Position numbers and translations under genes: made by a program. The notes below the pieces were generated by a model that was not told the origin of the DNA, made no database searches, and saw only the letters and a list, made by a program, of their open reading frames with translations. 64,000 nucleotides of DNA from Desulfomicrobium sp. (GTDB lineage Bacteria > Desulfobacterota > Desulfovibrionia > Desulfovibrionales > Desulfomicrobiaceae): the NCBI GenBank assembly GCA_040768745.1, contig JAXGMI010000002.1, forward strand, positions 576,001-640,000, given 5' to 3'. Positions 40,326 through 51,252 of this stretch are shown one piece after another (position 1 is the first letter of the stretch; each line of letters opens with the position of its first letter).

Positions 40326-41092
40326 GGCGTGCAGACCTCGACGTCGATGATCTGGGAGCAGAAATCGAGGGTGCGCGTGCCCGAGCCCTCGGCCAGCAGA
40401 TCCCTGGGGCTGCCCTGTTCGATGATGCGCCCCTCCTGCATGAACAGGACCTCGTCGGCCAGGGCGCGGGTGAAGCCCATCTGGTGGGTGGCCATGACCA
40501 TGGTCATGCCGTTCTGGGCCAGGCTGCGGATGACGACCAAAACCTCGCTGACCAGTTCGGGATCCAGGGCCGAGGTGGGCTCGTCCAGGAGCATGACCTT
40601 GGGATCCATGGCCAGGGCGCGGGCGATGGACACGCGCTGCTTCTGGCCACCCGACAGCTCCGCCGGATAGAGACGGGCCTTGTCGGAGAGCCCCACTCGC
40701 GCGAGCTCGGCCATGGCCCGGTCCCTGGCCTCGGCCTTGCCCATGCCGCGCACCTTGCGCAGGGCGATGCTGACGTTGTCCACGGCGGTCAGATGGTCGA
40801 ACAGGTTGAAATCCTGAAAGATCATGCCCACCTGCTGACGGAAGCCGCAGAGCTCGCGGGCGTTGTGCGGGTCCACGTGGCGCCCTTCCAGTTCGATCTC
40901 GCCACGGTCGGGCAGGATGAGGTAGTTCATGCACTGCAGGAGGGTGCTCTTGCCGCCGCCTGAGGGACCGATGAGCACCTTCATCTCGCCCTGGTACAGG
41001 TCGAGGCTCACAGACTTCAGGATCTCGCGGCCGCCAAGCCTGACGGAAATGTCCTGCACCCGCATCAGCGGGGTCTTTTGGTTGGTTTTCAT
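40322..41092 (-). CDS. Polar amino acid ABC ATP-binding protein
   Basis: GPSGGGKS, LSGGQKQR, DEPTSALDPEL. Confidence 0.93.
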   Translation of the reverse strand: MKTNQKTPLMRVQDISVRLGGREILKSVSLDLYQGEMKVLIGPSGGGKSTLLQCMNYLILPDRGEIELEGRHVDPHNARELCGFRQQVGMIFQDFNLFDHLTAVDNVSIALRKVRGMGKAEARDRAMAELARVGLSDKARLYPAELSGGQKQRVSIARALAMDPKVMLLDEPTSALDPELVSEVLVVIRSLAQNGMTMVMATHQMGFTRALADEVLFMQEGRIIEQGSPRDLLAEGSGTRTLDFCSQIIDVEVCTP

Positions 41093-41095
41093 GGT

Positions 41096-41764
41096 CTAGT
41101 GCACATACCCTTTTATTCTGACACGTTTCTCCAATACCCGCAGGGCCGCCACTCCGGCCCAGGTCAGGAGGAAATAGAGCACCGCCGCGCTGACGTAGAG
41201 GGGCAGGTGCTGGTAGGTTCGGGAGGCCACGAAGTGTGTCCGGGCCATGATCTCGCTGGCCCCGAGCACGAAGGCCAGGGCCGAATCCTTGAGGATGATG
41301 GAATACTCGTTGGACCAGCCGGGGATGGACAGGCGCAGGGCCTGGGGCAGGATGATGACCCGGATGGCCATGGAGTCGGACATGCCCAGGGCGCGGGCGG
41401 CCTTGAGCTGCCCCTTGGACAGGGACAGGATGGACCCGCGGAAAATCTGGGACTGGTAGGCCCCGCTGGTCATGCCCAGCACGATGGTCGCCGCGGCCAC
41501 GGCCCCCAGGTTCAGGCCGATGAGATTGAACAGGCCGAAATAGAAGAGAAAAAGGAGCACGAGGATGGGCACGCCGCGAAAAAACCAGACATAGGTGTCG
41601 CAGATGAAGCGCACCGCTCTGCCGCCGTAGACCTGACCCACGGCCAGGGGCACGCCGATGAAAAGCCCCAGGAACATGGCGCCGAGCACCGCGGTGACGG
41701 TGACGGCGGCGCCCTCTATCACGAAAGGCAGGGCGTCGAGGAGGACGGTCAGGGTTTCGTTCAT
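41096..41764 (-). CDS. Polar amino acid ABC permease
   Basis: FRGVP, GQLKAARALG, ILKDSAL. Confidence 0.9.
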   Translation of the reverse strand: MNETLTVLLDALPFVIEGAAVTVTAVLGAMFLGLFIGVPLAVGQVYGGRAVRFICDTYVWFFRGVPILVLLFLFYFGLFNLIGLNLGAVAAATIVLGMTSGAYQSQIFRGSILSLSKGQLKAARALGMSDSMAIRVIILPQALRLSIPGWSNEYSIILKDSALAFVLGASEIMARTHFVASRTYQHLPLYVSAAVLYFLLTWAGVAALRVLEKRVRIKGYVH

Positions 41765-41858
41765 GTCCGGGGTGGGTCCTGCAGGGCCGGGCAGCGGCAA
41801 AAAAACGGGAAGGCCGGGACATCGCCGGGCCTTCCCATGGATTCATGCGGTGCCGGGC

Positions 41859-42602
41859 CTACTTGTTGAGGTGCTTGGCGATGAGCTGTTCCCAGTAGGG
41901 ATCGGCCCTGAGCATCTCGAAGCCCTTGTTCAGTTTGTCGAGCAGGTCCTTGTCTTCCTTGCGCACGGCGGCGCCGAATTCCTCGACCTCGCCGAAGGTG
42001 CCAATGATCTTAACGGGCTTCTTCTTTTCGGCGTCGCGGGCCGGTGGGTAGTTCATGCCGGCGACTTCGATGCGGCCGTTGACCAGGTCCTCAATGGCCA
42101 TGGGGGCTGAGTCGTAATACTTGATGGTGAACTTCCAGCCCTGCTTTTCCTTTTCCTCGGCCATCCACTTGGCCTCGGAGGTGCCGGCCTGCATGCCCAC
42201 GGTCACGTTCTTGCCATAGATCTCCTCGGCCTTGAGGGCGGAATCCTTCTTGGTCACGAAGACGTTCTTCACTTCCCAGTAGGGCGCGGTGAAGTTGACT
42301 TTCTCGGCGCGCTCCTTGGTGATGGTCATGCCGGAGCAGATGAAGTCGATCTTCTTGGCCAGCAGGTTGGGGATGATGCCGTCCCAGTCCACGGGCATGT
42401 GTTTGACCTTGAAGCCCATCTTGGCTGCGATCCAGTCCACGGCGTCCACGTCGAATCCGCTGGGCTTGCCGCTCTGGTCCACATAGGCGAACGGGGGATA
42501 GTTGGCGTCTATGCCGTTGATCAGAACTTTTTCCGCAGCCAGGACATTGCCGGCAACCATGCACACCAGACAGGCGATCAAAAAGGCAACGCGTTTCAAC
42601 AT
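41859..42602 (-). CDS. Polar amino acid ABC substrate-binding protein
   Basis: Signal peptide, YPPF, GFDVD, GMTITKERAEKVNF. Confidence 0.92.
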   Translation of the reverse strand: MLKRVAFLIACLVCMVAGNVLAAEKVLINGIDANYPPFAYVDQSGKPSGFDVDAVDWIAAKMGFKVKHMPVDWDGIIPNLLAKKIDFICSGMTITKERAEKVNFTAPYWEVKNVFVTKKDSALKAEEIYGKNVTVGMQAGTSEAKWMAEEKEKQGWKFTIKYYDSAPMAIEDLVNGRIEVAGMNYPPARDAEKKKPVKIIGTFGEVEEFGAAVRKEDKDLLDKLNKGFEMLRADPYWEQLIAKHLNK

Positions 42603-42808
42603 GCTTCCATCCTTTTGAAAACGTTTGACAAAACAGGGCCACTCCAGAACAAGAACATCATCAGTGGGCGGGCCGAGTTACCGGCCGGCTGACAGGAGGC
42701 TTTTGGCCGATGCCGCCCAGGCATCCGACACAGCCTGCGCTGCAACCAGCACAGCTGGTATCTTTATTTCCCGAAAATCGCAATGTTCCCGAACCAAGCC
42801 GAATTGTG

Positions 42809-43705
42809 ATGGAAAATCAAAAAAAAGCATATTGCTATGCGCTGACAGCGGTTTGTCTTTGGTCCACGGTGGCCACGGCCTTCAAGCTCTCCCTGCGCCA
42901 TCTGGGCCCGGAACCCCTGGTTTTCTATGCCAGCCTGACCTCGGCGGTGGTTCTGGGCGGATTCCTCTTGGCCCGAGGCCGGGCGGGCGAACTCAAGGCC
43001 CTGTCCTGGACTGATGCGTACCCCTCCCTTCTGCTCGGCGCATTGAATCCCTGCCTCTATTATCTCATTCTGATCCGGGCCTACGATCTGTTGCGGGCCC
43101 AGGAAGCCCAGGCCATCAACTACACCTGGGCCATCACCATGAGCGTTCTGGCCATACCGATTCTCAAGCAGCGCATCCACGGACTGCAGTTCGCGGCCAT
43201 CGGCCTGAGCTATTGCGGTGCGCTCATCATCTCCACCCATGGCGATCTGCTTGGATTCCATATGGAAAGCCCACGTGGCTTTGCACTGGCCATGGGCAGT
43301 ACGGTCGTGTGGGCCCTGTTCTGGATTTTTGGAATCAGGGACAACCTGGATCCGACATTGCGCCTGTTCATGAACTTCTGCTGCGGCGTGGTCTACACCG
43401 GAATCTGGGCACTCTTGCGGGGGATTCCCTTGACCCCAAATGAGCCGGGCCTGCTGGGCGCGATCTATATCGGCATTTTCGAGATGGGGGTGACCTTCGT
43501 GCTGTGGATGAAGGCCCTGAAGCTTTCCCGCACCGCCGCCCAGGTCAGCAACCTCATCTATCTGGCCCCCTTTCTGTCCCTTCTCATCATCCATTTTTTG
43601 GTCGGGGAGGCCATTCTCCCCTCCACCCTCGCCGGGCTGGCGTTCATCCTGGGCGGTACTGCCACCCAGAAGCTGGCGGACAGGAAGAACCAAAACAGAA
43701 CCTGA
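42809..43705 (+). CDS. EamA/DMT family transporter
   Basis: Multi-TM protein, WSTVATAFK, duplicated EamA architecture. Confidence 0.88.
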   Translation: MENQKKAYCYALTAVCLWSTVATAFKLSLRHLGPEPLVFYASLTSAVVLGGFLLARGRAGELKALSWTDAYPSLLLGALNPCLYYLILIRAYDLLRAQEAQAINYTWAITMSVLAIPILKQRIHGLQFAAIGLSYCGALIISTHGDLLGFHMESPRGFALAMGSTVVWALFWIFGIRDNLDPTLRLFMNFCCGVVYTGIWALLRGIPLTPNEPGLLGAIYIGIFEMGVTFVLWMKALKLSRTAAQVSNLIYLAPFLSLLIIHFLVGEAILPSTLAGLAFILGGTATQKLADRKNQNRT

Positions 43706-43809
43706 ACGAAGAAAGCAGCAATCATGCGCCGAAAAAACCTGCTTTCACATCTGCGGGAATCTCTGTTAAAGATGAAGAACATCTTCAATGCATTGCCGGG
43801 AGCCCGAGC

Positions 43810-45057
43810 ATGACCACCCCACACCCCTCTTCCAATGTGCAGCTGCTGTCCCGCAACCCCATTTTCACTCCTTCCATGAACGTCTGGGGCTACGAGATCC
43901 AGACGGCGGCCCATGTGGCGGCGGATGCACCGCCAGAACCCGACCAGCCCCGCGTCGGCAACGCCGTCATTTCCGGAAGTTTCGTTGGTCTGAACGCGAT
44001 CCTGGCTCGCAGCAAAAAGCTTCTCTTGGCCTACAGCGCGGACCAGCTGCATAGCCAGATCCCGCGGGCCCTCCCCCCCAAATCATCCATCGTGCTGGTC
44101 CCGCCAGAAAGCCAGGGAAGCCCTGGCCTGCGCAGCGCATTGGAACAGCTCGCCGCTGAAGGTCACGGCATCGCACTGGACTGGGACAAGGAGGTCACGC
44201 CACACGCTGCTATCTTGGGGGCAGCATCCTTTATTTGCCTGACCAGCCCAGACCAGGCCAGAACGGCTGAACTGGCCACGATCCTGGCCCTCGGCAAAAC
44301 CTGCATTGCCCGCCATGTGCACAGCAGGGAAGCGCTCCATCGCCTCAAGGGCCACGGGGTGGGCCTGTTCCAGGGCCGTTTTTTCAAGGATGCGGAAATC
44401 ATCCCGGGCAAGAAGCTGTCCTCCCATCAGAACTCCCGTCTCGGCATCATGAATGCTGTCATGCAGGGCGGGGACGACCTGGACAGGCTGGTCCAGCCCG
44501 TTCAATCCGACGTCAGTTTAAGCTACCGTCTTTTGTCCTACCTCAACTCACCGTCCTTCGGATTTGTCCGTAAGATCAGCACAATCCGCCAGGCCATCGC
44601 CATGCTTGGCTGGAGCCATGCCCGCAACTGGCTGTTGGCAGTCCTCCTGGCCGACATGGCCCAGGGAGACCAGCAGAACGAACTCCTGCATCTTTCCCTG
44701 CAGCGCGCAAAATTCCTGGAACAAATGGTGCAGACCTACGATTACTGGGGATTCAAACCGGAGGAGATGTTCCTGTTGGGAACATTCTCCCTCTTGGACG
44801 TCATCCTGGGTGTGTCCATGCAGGATGCGCTGGCCTTTCTGCCCTTGAACGACACCCAGAAAAGAGCCCTGTGCGGCGACAAGACCAGCGAATACGCTCC
44901 TTTTCTGACCCTCATGGCCGCCTTCGAGGACCAGGATCAACGGCAACTGGACAAACTGGCTCTGGATTTGAACATCAATCCCGATGCTGCCCGACACATG
45001 TTCCATGCATCAGGCGCCTGGGCTTCCTCCGTGCTGGAGGCCACGCCCGGCGCCTGA
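43810..45057 (+). CDS. Degenerate EAL + HDOD domain protein
   Basis: RNPIF..VWGYE, LFQGRFF, DVSLSYRLLSYLNS..FG...ISTIRQAIAMLG. Confidence 0.85.
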   Translation: MTTPHPSSNVQLLSRNPIFTPSMNVWGYEIQTAAHVAADAPPEPDQPRVGNAVISGSFVGLNAILARSKKLLLAYSADQLHSQIPRALPPKSSIVLVPPESQGSPGLRSALEQLAAEGHGIALDWDKEVTPHAAILGAASFICLTSPDQARTAELATILALGKTCIARHVHSREALHRLKGHGVGLFQGRFFKDAEIIPGKKLSSHQNSRLGIMNAVMQGGDDLDRLVQPVQSDVSLSYRLLSYLNSPSFGFVRKISTIRQAIAMLGWSHARNWLLAVLLADMAQGDQQNELLHLSLQRAKFLEQMVQTYDYWGFKPEEMFLLGTFSLLDVILGVSMQDALAFLPLNDTQKRALCGDKTSEYAPFLTLMAAFEDQDQRQLDKLALDLNINPDAARHMFHASGAWASSVLEATPGA

Positions 45058-45066
45058 TGCAGCCCG

Positions 45067-47520
45067 CTATGGCAAGGGAGCAACCTTCCAGATGTTCCGG
45101 GCATATTCCATGATCGACCGGTCGCTGGAAAACTTGCCCATGTGCGCCGTGTTCAGGATGGACATCCGCGTCCAGGCGCGGGTGTCCTGGTAGGCCTGTT
45201 CGACCTTGGCCTGTGTGGCCACGTAGTTTTCATAGTCGGCCAGGACCAGGTAATAATCCCCCTGAGCCAGCAGGGAATCAACAATGGGCCTGAACAGGTT
45301 GGGCGCTTCAGGCGAAAAATAACCTGTGGCGATCATGTCCAGGGCGTTTCTCAATTCCAGCGAATTTTCGTAGACCTGCCAGGGATTGTAGCCGCTGGAA
45401 CGCAACTGGACCACTTCGTCCTCGGTGTGCCCGAAGAGAAAGAAGTTTTCTTCACCGACCATTTCCCGGATTTCGATATTCGCCCCGTCCAGCGTGCCGA
45501 TGGTCAGCGCCCCGTTCAGGGCGAATTTCATGTTGCCCGTCCCCGATGCTTCCATCCCGGCCGTGGAAATCTGCTCTGAAAGGTCCGCGGCGGGGATGAT
45601 CCGTTCGGCCTGGGACACGCAGTAATTGGGCAGAAAAACCACCTTCAAGACGTTGCCCACGGCATGGTCCGTGTTGACCATCTGTCCCACCGCATTGATG
45701 AGCTTGATGATGAGCTTGGCCTGAAAATATCCTGGCGCGGCCTTGCCGGCAAAAAAGACCGTGCGGGGAACGTGCTTCTCACCGCTTTCCTTGCGGATGC
45801 GGTTGTAGAGCGTGATGACGTGCAGGATGTTCAAAAGCTGGCGTTTGTACTCGTGAATGCGTTTGACGTGCACGTCAAACAGGGTGCCGGGATTGATACC
45901 CACCCCGAGCTTGCGCAGCACATACCGGGCCAGGAGCTTTTTGTTGCGCGTGCGCACCTCCTGCCAACGCAACTGGAACTGCTCATCGTCGGCGAATTCG
46001 GCCAGCCCTGCCAACTGGTCCAGATCGTAGACCCAGCCCTGGCCAACGGCCGATGAAATCAGTTCCGCAAGGGCCGGATTGGCCTGCAGGAGCCAACGCC
46101 GCGGTGTGATGCCGTTGGTCACGTTGGTGAATTTGCCCGGATAGAGGGCATGGAAGTCCCGGAACAGCCTTGTCTGCAGAATCTGGGAGTGCAGTTCGGC
46201 CACGCCGTTGACCGTATGGCTTCCGATGATGGCCAGGTGGGCCATGCGGACCTGCTTCTCCTGGCCCTCGGCAATGATGGAAAGGGAACGGAGCAGGTCG
46301 GTGTTGCCGGAAAAACGCTGCCCCACATCGTCCAGAAAACGCTGGTTGATCTCAAAAATGATCTGCATGTGCCGAGGCAGAATCCGGCCCACAAGGTCCA
46401 CGGACCATGTTTCCAGGGCCTCGGGCAGGACTGTGTGGTTCGTGTAGGCAAAGGTCTGTCTGCAGATGTGCCACGCCCTTTCCCAGGTCAGGGCCTCCTC
46501 GTCCACCAGCAGGCGCATCAGTTCCGCAATGCTGATGGCCGGGTGGGTGTCGTTGAGTTGAACCGTGACCTGGTCAGGAAAACAGTCGAAGGAGGAGTAG
46601 TTGTTCTTGCGGAATCGTCGCAGGATGTCATGAAAGGTGGCCGCGACGAAGAAATACTGCTGGCTGAGGCGCAGCGCCTTGCCGCGTGGGCTCTGGTCGT
46701 TGGGGTAGAGAACCTTGGAGATGTTTTCGCTCTCAACCTTGGCCTGCATGGCACCGATGTAGTCACCGCGGTTGAAGTATTCAAGGTCGAAATCCCGGCT
46801 GGAAATGGCCTTCCACAAACGCATGTTGGTCACATGGTCGTTGTGATAGCCGGGGATCATGATGTCGCAGGCCATGGCCATGACCGTCTCCGTGTCCACC
46901 CAGCGGAAACGCTGATGCCCTGCACTGTCTTCGTACGCCTCGCTGCGTCCAAAAAAATGCACCGTGAACATGAAATTCCCGCGCCGCACCACCCACGGCG
47001 AGTCCTGGCGCAGCCAGTTATCGCTTCCTTCCTGCTGATAGCCGTTGACGATGGTTTGATAGAAAATCCCATAGTCATAGAGGATCCCATATCCGTAGCC
47101 GGGAATCTTGCAGGTGGCCATGGAATCCATGTAGCAGGATGCCAGACGACCCAGGCCGCCATTGCCCAGACCAGGGTTCCATTCCTCTTCCAGCAGTTCG
47201 TCCAGATCCATGCCGAAATCCCGGACCGCCTCCCGGCATTCGTCCTCGATCCCCAGGGACTGGATGTAATTCATCAGGAATCTGCCAGGGAGAAATTCCA
47301 AGGACATGTAGTACACACGCTTGGTGATGGAATCATAATAGGAACGCTGTGTCTCCAGCCACTTTTCCACAAGCCGATCCCGCACGCTGTAGCACAGGCC
47401 CAGGTAGTAGCGCTCTTTGCGCGGAGGGAAGGGATCACTGCCAAGGGTCAGGGCCACGTGTCGCTGGATGTCGTTCTTGAGGGTCTCGACGATTTGGTTC
47501 TGTTCCGCTGTGGTCATCAT
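45067..47520 (-). CDS. glgP: Glycogen/alpha-glucan phosphorylase
   Basis: GLGNGGLGRLA, QLNDTHP, EASGTGNMKF (PLP lysine). Confidence 0.97.
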   Translation of the reverse strand: MMTTAEQNQIVETLKNDIQRHVALTLGSDPFPPRKERYYLGLCYSVRDRLVEKWLETQRSYYDSITKRVYYMSLEFLPGRFLMNYIQSLGIEDECREAVRDFGMDLDELLEEEWNPGLGNGGLGRLASCYMDSMATCKIPGYGYGILYDYGIFYQTIVNGYQQEGSDNWLRQDSPWVVRRGNFMFTVHFFGRSEAYEDSAGHQRFRWVDTETVMAMACDIMIPGYHNDHVTNMRLWKAISSRDFDLEYFNRGDYIGAMQAKVESENISKVLYPNDQSPRGKALRLSQQYFFVAATFHDILRRFRKNNYSSFDCFPDQVTVQLNDTHPAISIAELMRLLVDEEALTWERAWHICRQTFAYTNHTVLPEALETWSVDLVGRILPRHMQIIFEINQRFLDDVGQRFSGNTDLLRSLSIIAEGQEKQVRMAHLAIIGSHTVNGVAELHSQILQTRLFRDFHALYPGKFTNVTNGITPRRWLLQANPALAELISSAVGQGWVYDLDQLAGLAEFADDEQFQLRWQEVRTRNKKLLARYVLRKLGVGINPGTLFDVHVKRIHEYKRQLLNILHVITLYNRIRKESGEKHVPRTVFFAGKAAPGYFQAKLIIKLINAVGQMVNTDHAVGNVLKVVFLPNYCVSQAERIIPAADLSEQISTAGMEASGTGNMKFALNGALTIGTLDGANIEIREMVGEENFFLFGHTEDEVVQLRSSGYNPWQVYENSLELRNALDMIATGYFSPEAPNLFRPIVDSLLAQGDYYLVLADYENYVATQAKVEQAYQDTRAWTRMSILNTAHMGKFSSDRSIMEYARNIWKVAPLP

Positions 47521-47631
47521 GCCTCCTTCACTGTCTATTAAAAAAATCATAGCACACGAACGCACCAAGGCAAACCCGGACCTTTACAGCCCGAACGGAC
47601 AGATTAGAGAAAGAAAAACAAGGAGAATGCC

Positions 47632-48108
47632 ATGATCTCGAACCGAAGGCTGACAGGCTTGTGGGTACTGATCTTCCTTTCACTGCTCTCCTGTCCACGC
47701 CAAGGAGGCGCCATGGAAAACATGCCCAAGACAGAGCACGAGTGGCGGCAAGCCCTGACCCCGGAACAATTCCATGTCCTGCGTCAGAAGGGGACGGAGC
47801 CGGCCTTCAGCGGAAAATTCCACGATCATCATGCCACCGGAACCTATGTCTGTGCTGGATGCAAAACCCCCCTCTTCCATTCCAGTGCCAAATTCGATTC
47901 CGGGACCGGGTGGCCCAGCTTCTTTCAGCCCGTGAATCAGGACAATATCGACCTGCGCGAAGACACCTCCTGGTTCATGGTCAGGACCGAAGTGCTCTGC
48001 AAGGTCTGCGGCGGACACCTGGGCCATGTCTTTCCGGACGGTCCACCCCCGACAGGGCTGCGCTACTGCATCAACTCCCTTTCCCTGGATTTCCGGCCAG
48101 AACCATGA
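47632..48108 (+). CDS. msrB: Peptide-methionine (R)-S-oxide reductase MsrB
   Basis: [26 protein letters not shown], two CxxC Zn motifs. Confidence 0.95.
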   Translation: MISNRRLTGLWVLIFLSLLSCPRQGGAMENMPKTEHEWRQALTPEQFHVLRQKGTEPAFSGKFHDHHATGTYVCAGCKTPLFHSSAKFDSGTGWPSFFQPVNQDNIDLREDTSWFMVRTEVLCKVCGGHLGHVFPDGPPPTGLRYCINSLSLDFRPEP

Positions 48109-48229
48109 CGCAGGCCGGCGACCAGCCACGCCCGAAAACGCGTGCGCACCCCGGATCGTTGATGAACGTCCTGATCTGGTCTGCTCGGCAGTTTGCTGCC
48201 CCGGGCAGAACAGATCAGAGCTGGCGGCT

Positions 48230-48766
48230 TCATGGCATGTTTGATTGGAGCGTGATCGTTTCCCCGGCCACCATGAACTTGCCCCTGCCAAGGTGATGGA
48301 TCGTCTGCGGGTTCCTGACTGCAGGGTCGATCCACGCCGCGATGACTTCGAGAACGAACAGGCAGTATCGTTCCACCATCCCCGTATCCGCCACCCGGCA
48401 CTCGAGGCTGGCGTAGCACTCCGCGATGAGCGGCGCGCTGATCTGTCTCGCGGGTTCGGGTGTGAGATGAAACGCGACGAACTTGTCCAGGTTTGCACCG
48501 GAGGAGTTGCCGCAGGCCACGACCTTGTCCGCCATCTGCACGGTGGGAATGTTGATGGCGCACTCGTTGCTCATCCGCAGCAGCCCGAAGGAGTGATTGC
48601 GATCGCTGATGACACACCCCACCAGCGGCGGCTCGAACTCCATCATGGAGTGCCACGACATGGTCATGACATTGGATCGCCCCTCCCAGAGGGTGGTAAG
48701 CAGGACCACGGGTCCGGGCTCGAGCAGCCTGTAGACCTCGGACAACGGCAGCGCTGTTTTCGACAT
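48230..48766 (-). CDS. Flavin reductase family protein
   Basis: RLLEPGPVVLL, NVMTMSW, GNSSG..DKF, APLIAEC. Confidence 0.85.
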   Translation of the reverse strand: MSKTALPLSEVYRLLEPGPVVLLTTLWEGRSNVMTMSWHSMMEFEPPLVGCVISDRNHSFGLLRMSNECAINIPTVQMADKVVACGNSSGANLDKFVAFHLTPEPARQISAPLIAECYASLECRVADTGMVERYCLFVLEVIAAWIDPAVRNPQTIHHLGRGKFMVAGETITLQSNMP

Positions 48767-49061
48767 ACTGGACTCCCCTGCCAGAAATGATGCACAACCT
48801 GCCTCCCGCGTATCCGGACAAGCTGGCTTTTGGAAGCAGCGATTTTCCACACCGCATCGCCAGCAAGGACTCAGGCACGTTTGCACGCTGGACCTTAATA
48901 AAATTATCAATTTAAATTAAATAGATAAGCGTTAAATGTGCATCATGGACATATTTTTCAATGCCGTTAGTGGATATTTTTCGTACACTGTTTAGCAAAT
49001 GAATCGCATTCCAGATCCCGCCCAGGTGAAATGCCGGATCTGAGGACAGGAGGTTGATGAT

Positions 49062-49904
49062 ATGAAATGGCAGGGAAGGGAAGAAAGCGCCAATGTGGAG
49101 GATCGCCGGGGGCGCATCATCAGGGCCGGAGGGGTCGGAATCAGCGGCCTCGGGCTGGTTGTGGCCGTAATCTACATGCTCATGGGCGGCAATCCGCTGG
49201 ATCTCCTGCAGATGACCCAGCAGCAGCCCGCACGCTATGAAGAGTCCCAAGGCAATTACCAGGAAACCCCGGAAGAGATGCAACTGCGGAAATTTTCCGC
49301 TGTTGTCCTGCGCGAGACAGAACACGTGTGGCACGATGTGTTTGCCAAAACCGGCCGCCGTTACGAAGAGCCTACCCTGACCATCTATTCAGGAAACGTG
49401 CAGTCGGAATGCGGGGTCGCCTCTGCCGGGTTCGGCCCATTCTACTGTCCCCTGGACAAAAGGATCTACCTCGACCTCAATTTCTACAATGAGATGCGCC
49501 ACAAGTTCAACGCTCCCGGTGATTTCGCCATGGCGTACGTCATCGCCCACGAAGTCGGACACCATGTGCAGAACCTGCTGGGCATTCTCGGAGAATTCCA
49601 TTCCCTGCGATCGAGGGTAAGCCAGGAAGAGTTCAACGCATACTCCGTCAAACTGGAACTCCAGGCGGACTACCTTGCCGGGGTGTTCGCCCACTATATC
49701 CAGAACAAGAACCTGCTGGACCAGGGTGATTTCGAAGAGGCCATGACAGCGGCCAGCGCAGTAGGCGACGACACCATTCAGAAACAGACCCAGGGGTATA
49801 TCATCCCGGAAAGCTTCACCCATGGCACGTCCAAGCAGCGCATGGGCTGGTTCAGAAAGGGTTTCGAGGTGGGAGACCTGTCCCAGGGGGATACGTTCCG
49901 GTGA
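49062..49904 (+). CDS. Neutral zinc metallopeptidase (YpfJ-like)
   Basis: S.NVEDRRG, GPFYCP, AHEVGHHVQ, ELQAD, FTHGTS.QR. Confidence 0.9.
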   Translation: MKWQGREESANVEDRRGRIIRAGGVGISGLGLVVAVIYMLMGGNPLDLLQMTQQQPARYEESQGNYQETPEEMQLRKFSAVVLRETEHVWHDVFAKTGRRYEEPTLTIYSGNVQSECGVASAGFGPFYCPLDKRIYLDLNFYNEMRHKFNAPGDFAMAYVIAHEVGHHVQNLLGILGEFHSLRSRVSQEEFNAYSVKLELQADYLAGVFAHYIQNKNLLDQGDFEEAMTAASAVGDDTIQKQTQGYIIPESFTHGTSKQRMGWFRKGFEVGDLSQGDTFR

Positions 49905-50004
49905 AATCAGTGCCCTGATTTTTGGGTGTTCGTCGCAAGAGGTGCGTTCGTCCTCTGCAACATCTGACGGCCTCGAGAAAAAAGATTCCGGTCAAGGGAA
50001 ACGC

Positions 50005-51216
50005 ATGAAGAGATCATTTGTCCTTTCTTTCGTTCTGATTTTTCTCTCGGCCGTCTGCTGTTTTGCCAATCCCCCGGACACGCTGGACATCCATCTCTTC
50101 TATGGAGAGGGCTGCCCCCACTGCAAAAAGGAGGAACTCCATCTCCAGCTTCTGGAAAAGAGGTTCAGCAACCTGAAAGTCCACAGGTATGAAGTCTATT
50201 ACAACGACAGCAACATGGAGCTGTTCCGCAGGATAGCCAAAAGCCTGGAAGCGGATGTGAGCGGGGTTCCTTTTCTGGTGGTCGGGAACGAATACGTTGT
50301 GGGCTTCGATGAAACCACAACGCCGGGGATCATCACCGCAAAAATTGAAAAGTGCCTGGCAGGCCCCTGCCCAGACTCTTTTCAGATCACGCTTGAAGGA
50401 AGGGAAAAAACCGACCTGGCCCTGAATGCCAGCGCAACGCCTGCAGAGTCCTCCTCCGCACAAAAGGAAAAAATCATCCGCATCCCGCTGCTTGGAGAGA
50501 TAGACGTCTACTCCTTCTCGCTTCCGATGCTGACCATTGTGATGGGGTTTCTGGACGGATTCAACCCCTGCGCCATGTGGACGCTCCTCTTTCTGATCAG
50601 TCTGCTGCTGGGCATGAAGGACAAGAGGAAGATGTGGATCCTGGGCACGGCATTCATCGCTGGATCAGCCCTGGTCTATTTCCTGTTCATGGCTGCCTGG
50701 CTCAACCTGATCCTGCTTCTGGGCCTTGTGCTGTGGATTCGGATCACCATCGGTATCCTGGCGCTGGGCAGCGGGATGTACAGCGTCAGGGACTTCTGGG
50801 TGAACAAGGAGGGGACGTGCACCCTGTCCGGCAATGTACGGCGTCAGCAGATCTACGAAAAAATAAAGGCGATCATCAACCAGCACAGCTTTGTCCTGTC
50901 CCTCTGCGGTATCATCCTGCTGGCCTTTATGGTCAATCTGATAGAAATTGTCTGTTCGGCCGGATTTCCGGCCATCTACACCCAGGTACTTTCCCTAAAC
51001 GAGCTTCCGTTGTGGAAGTACTATGCCTATATTGTCCTGTACATCGTCTTCTTCATGATCGACGACTTCTTTGTCTTCGTCACCGCCATGATCACCTTCG
51101 AGATCACCGGCATGACCACAAAATATGTCAGGTACGCCCGGCTCATCGGCGGGCTGACCATGCTGATGATCGGCATCCTGCTCATTTTCCGCCCGCAATG
51201 GCTCATGTTCGGCTAG
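50005..51216 (+). CDS. Thioredoxin-like (CPHC) domain fused to a DsbD/CcdA-like membrane domain
   Basis: Signal peptide, GCPHC, DGFNPCAMW, EIVCSAGFP. Confidence 0.8.
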   Translation: MKRSFVLSFVLIFLSAVCCFANPPDTLDIHLFYGEGCPHCKKEELHLQLLEKRFSNLKVHRYEVYYNDSNMELFRRIAKSLEADVSGVPFLVVGNEYVVGFDETTTPGIITAKIEKCLAGPCPDSFQITLEGREKTDLALNASATPAESSSAQKEKIIRIPLLGEIDVYSFSLPMLTIVMGFLDGFNPCAMWTLLFLISLLLGMKDKRKMWILGTAFIAGSALVYFLFMAAWLNLILLLGLVLWIRITIGILALGSGMYSVRDFWVNKEGTCTLSGNVRRQQIYEKIKAIINQHSFVLSLCGIILLAFMVNLIEIVCSAGFPAIYTQVLSLNELPLWKYYAYIVLYIVFFMIDDFFVFVTAMITFEITGMTTKYVRYARLIGGLTMLMIGILLIFRPQWLMFG

Positions 51217-51252
51217 GCCGGACCAGGAATTGCTGACTGGCTGTGGGCCCTG

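Noticed and set aside
39654..41846. 730-aa ORF suggesting a long fusion
   Set aside because: Only the last 223 codons are a real permease; the rest overlaps two other ABC genes out of frame.
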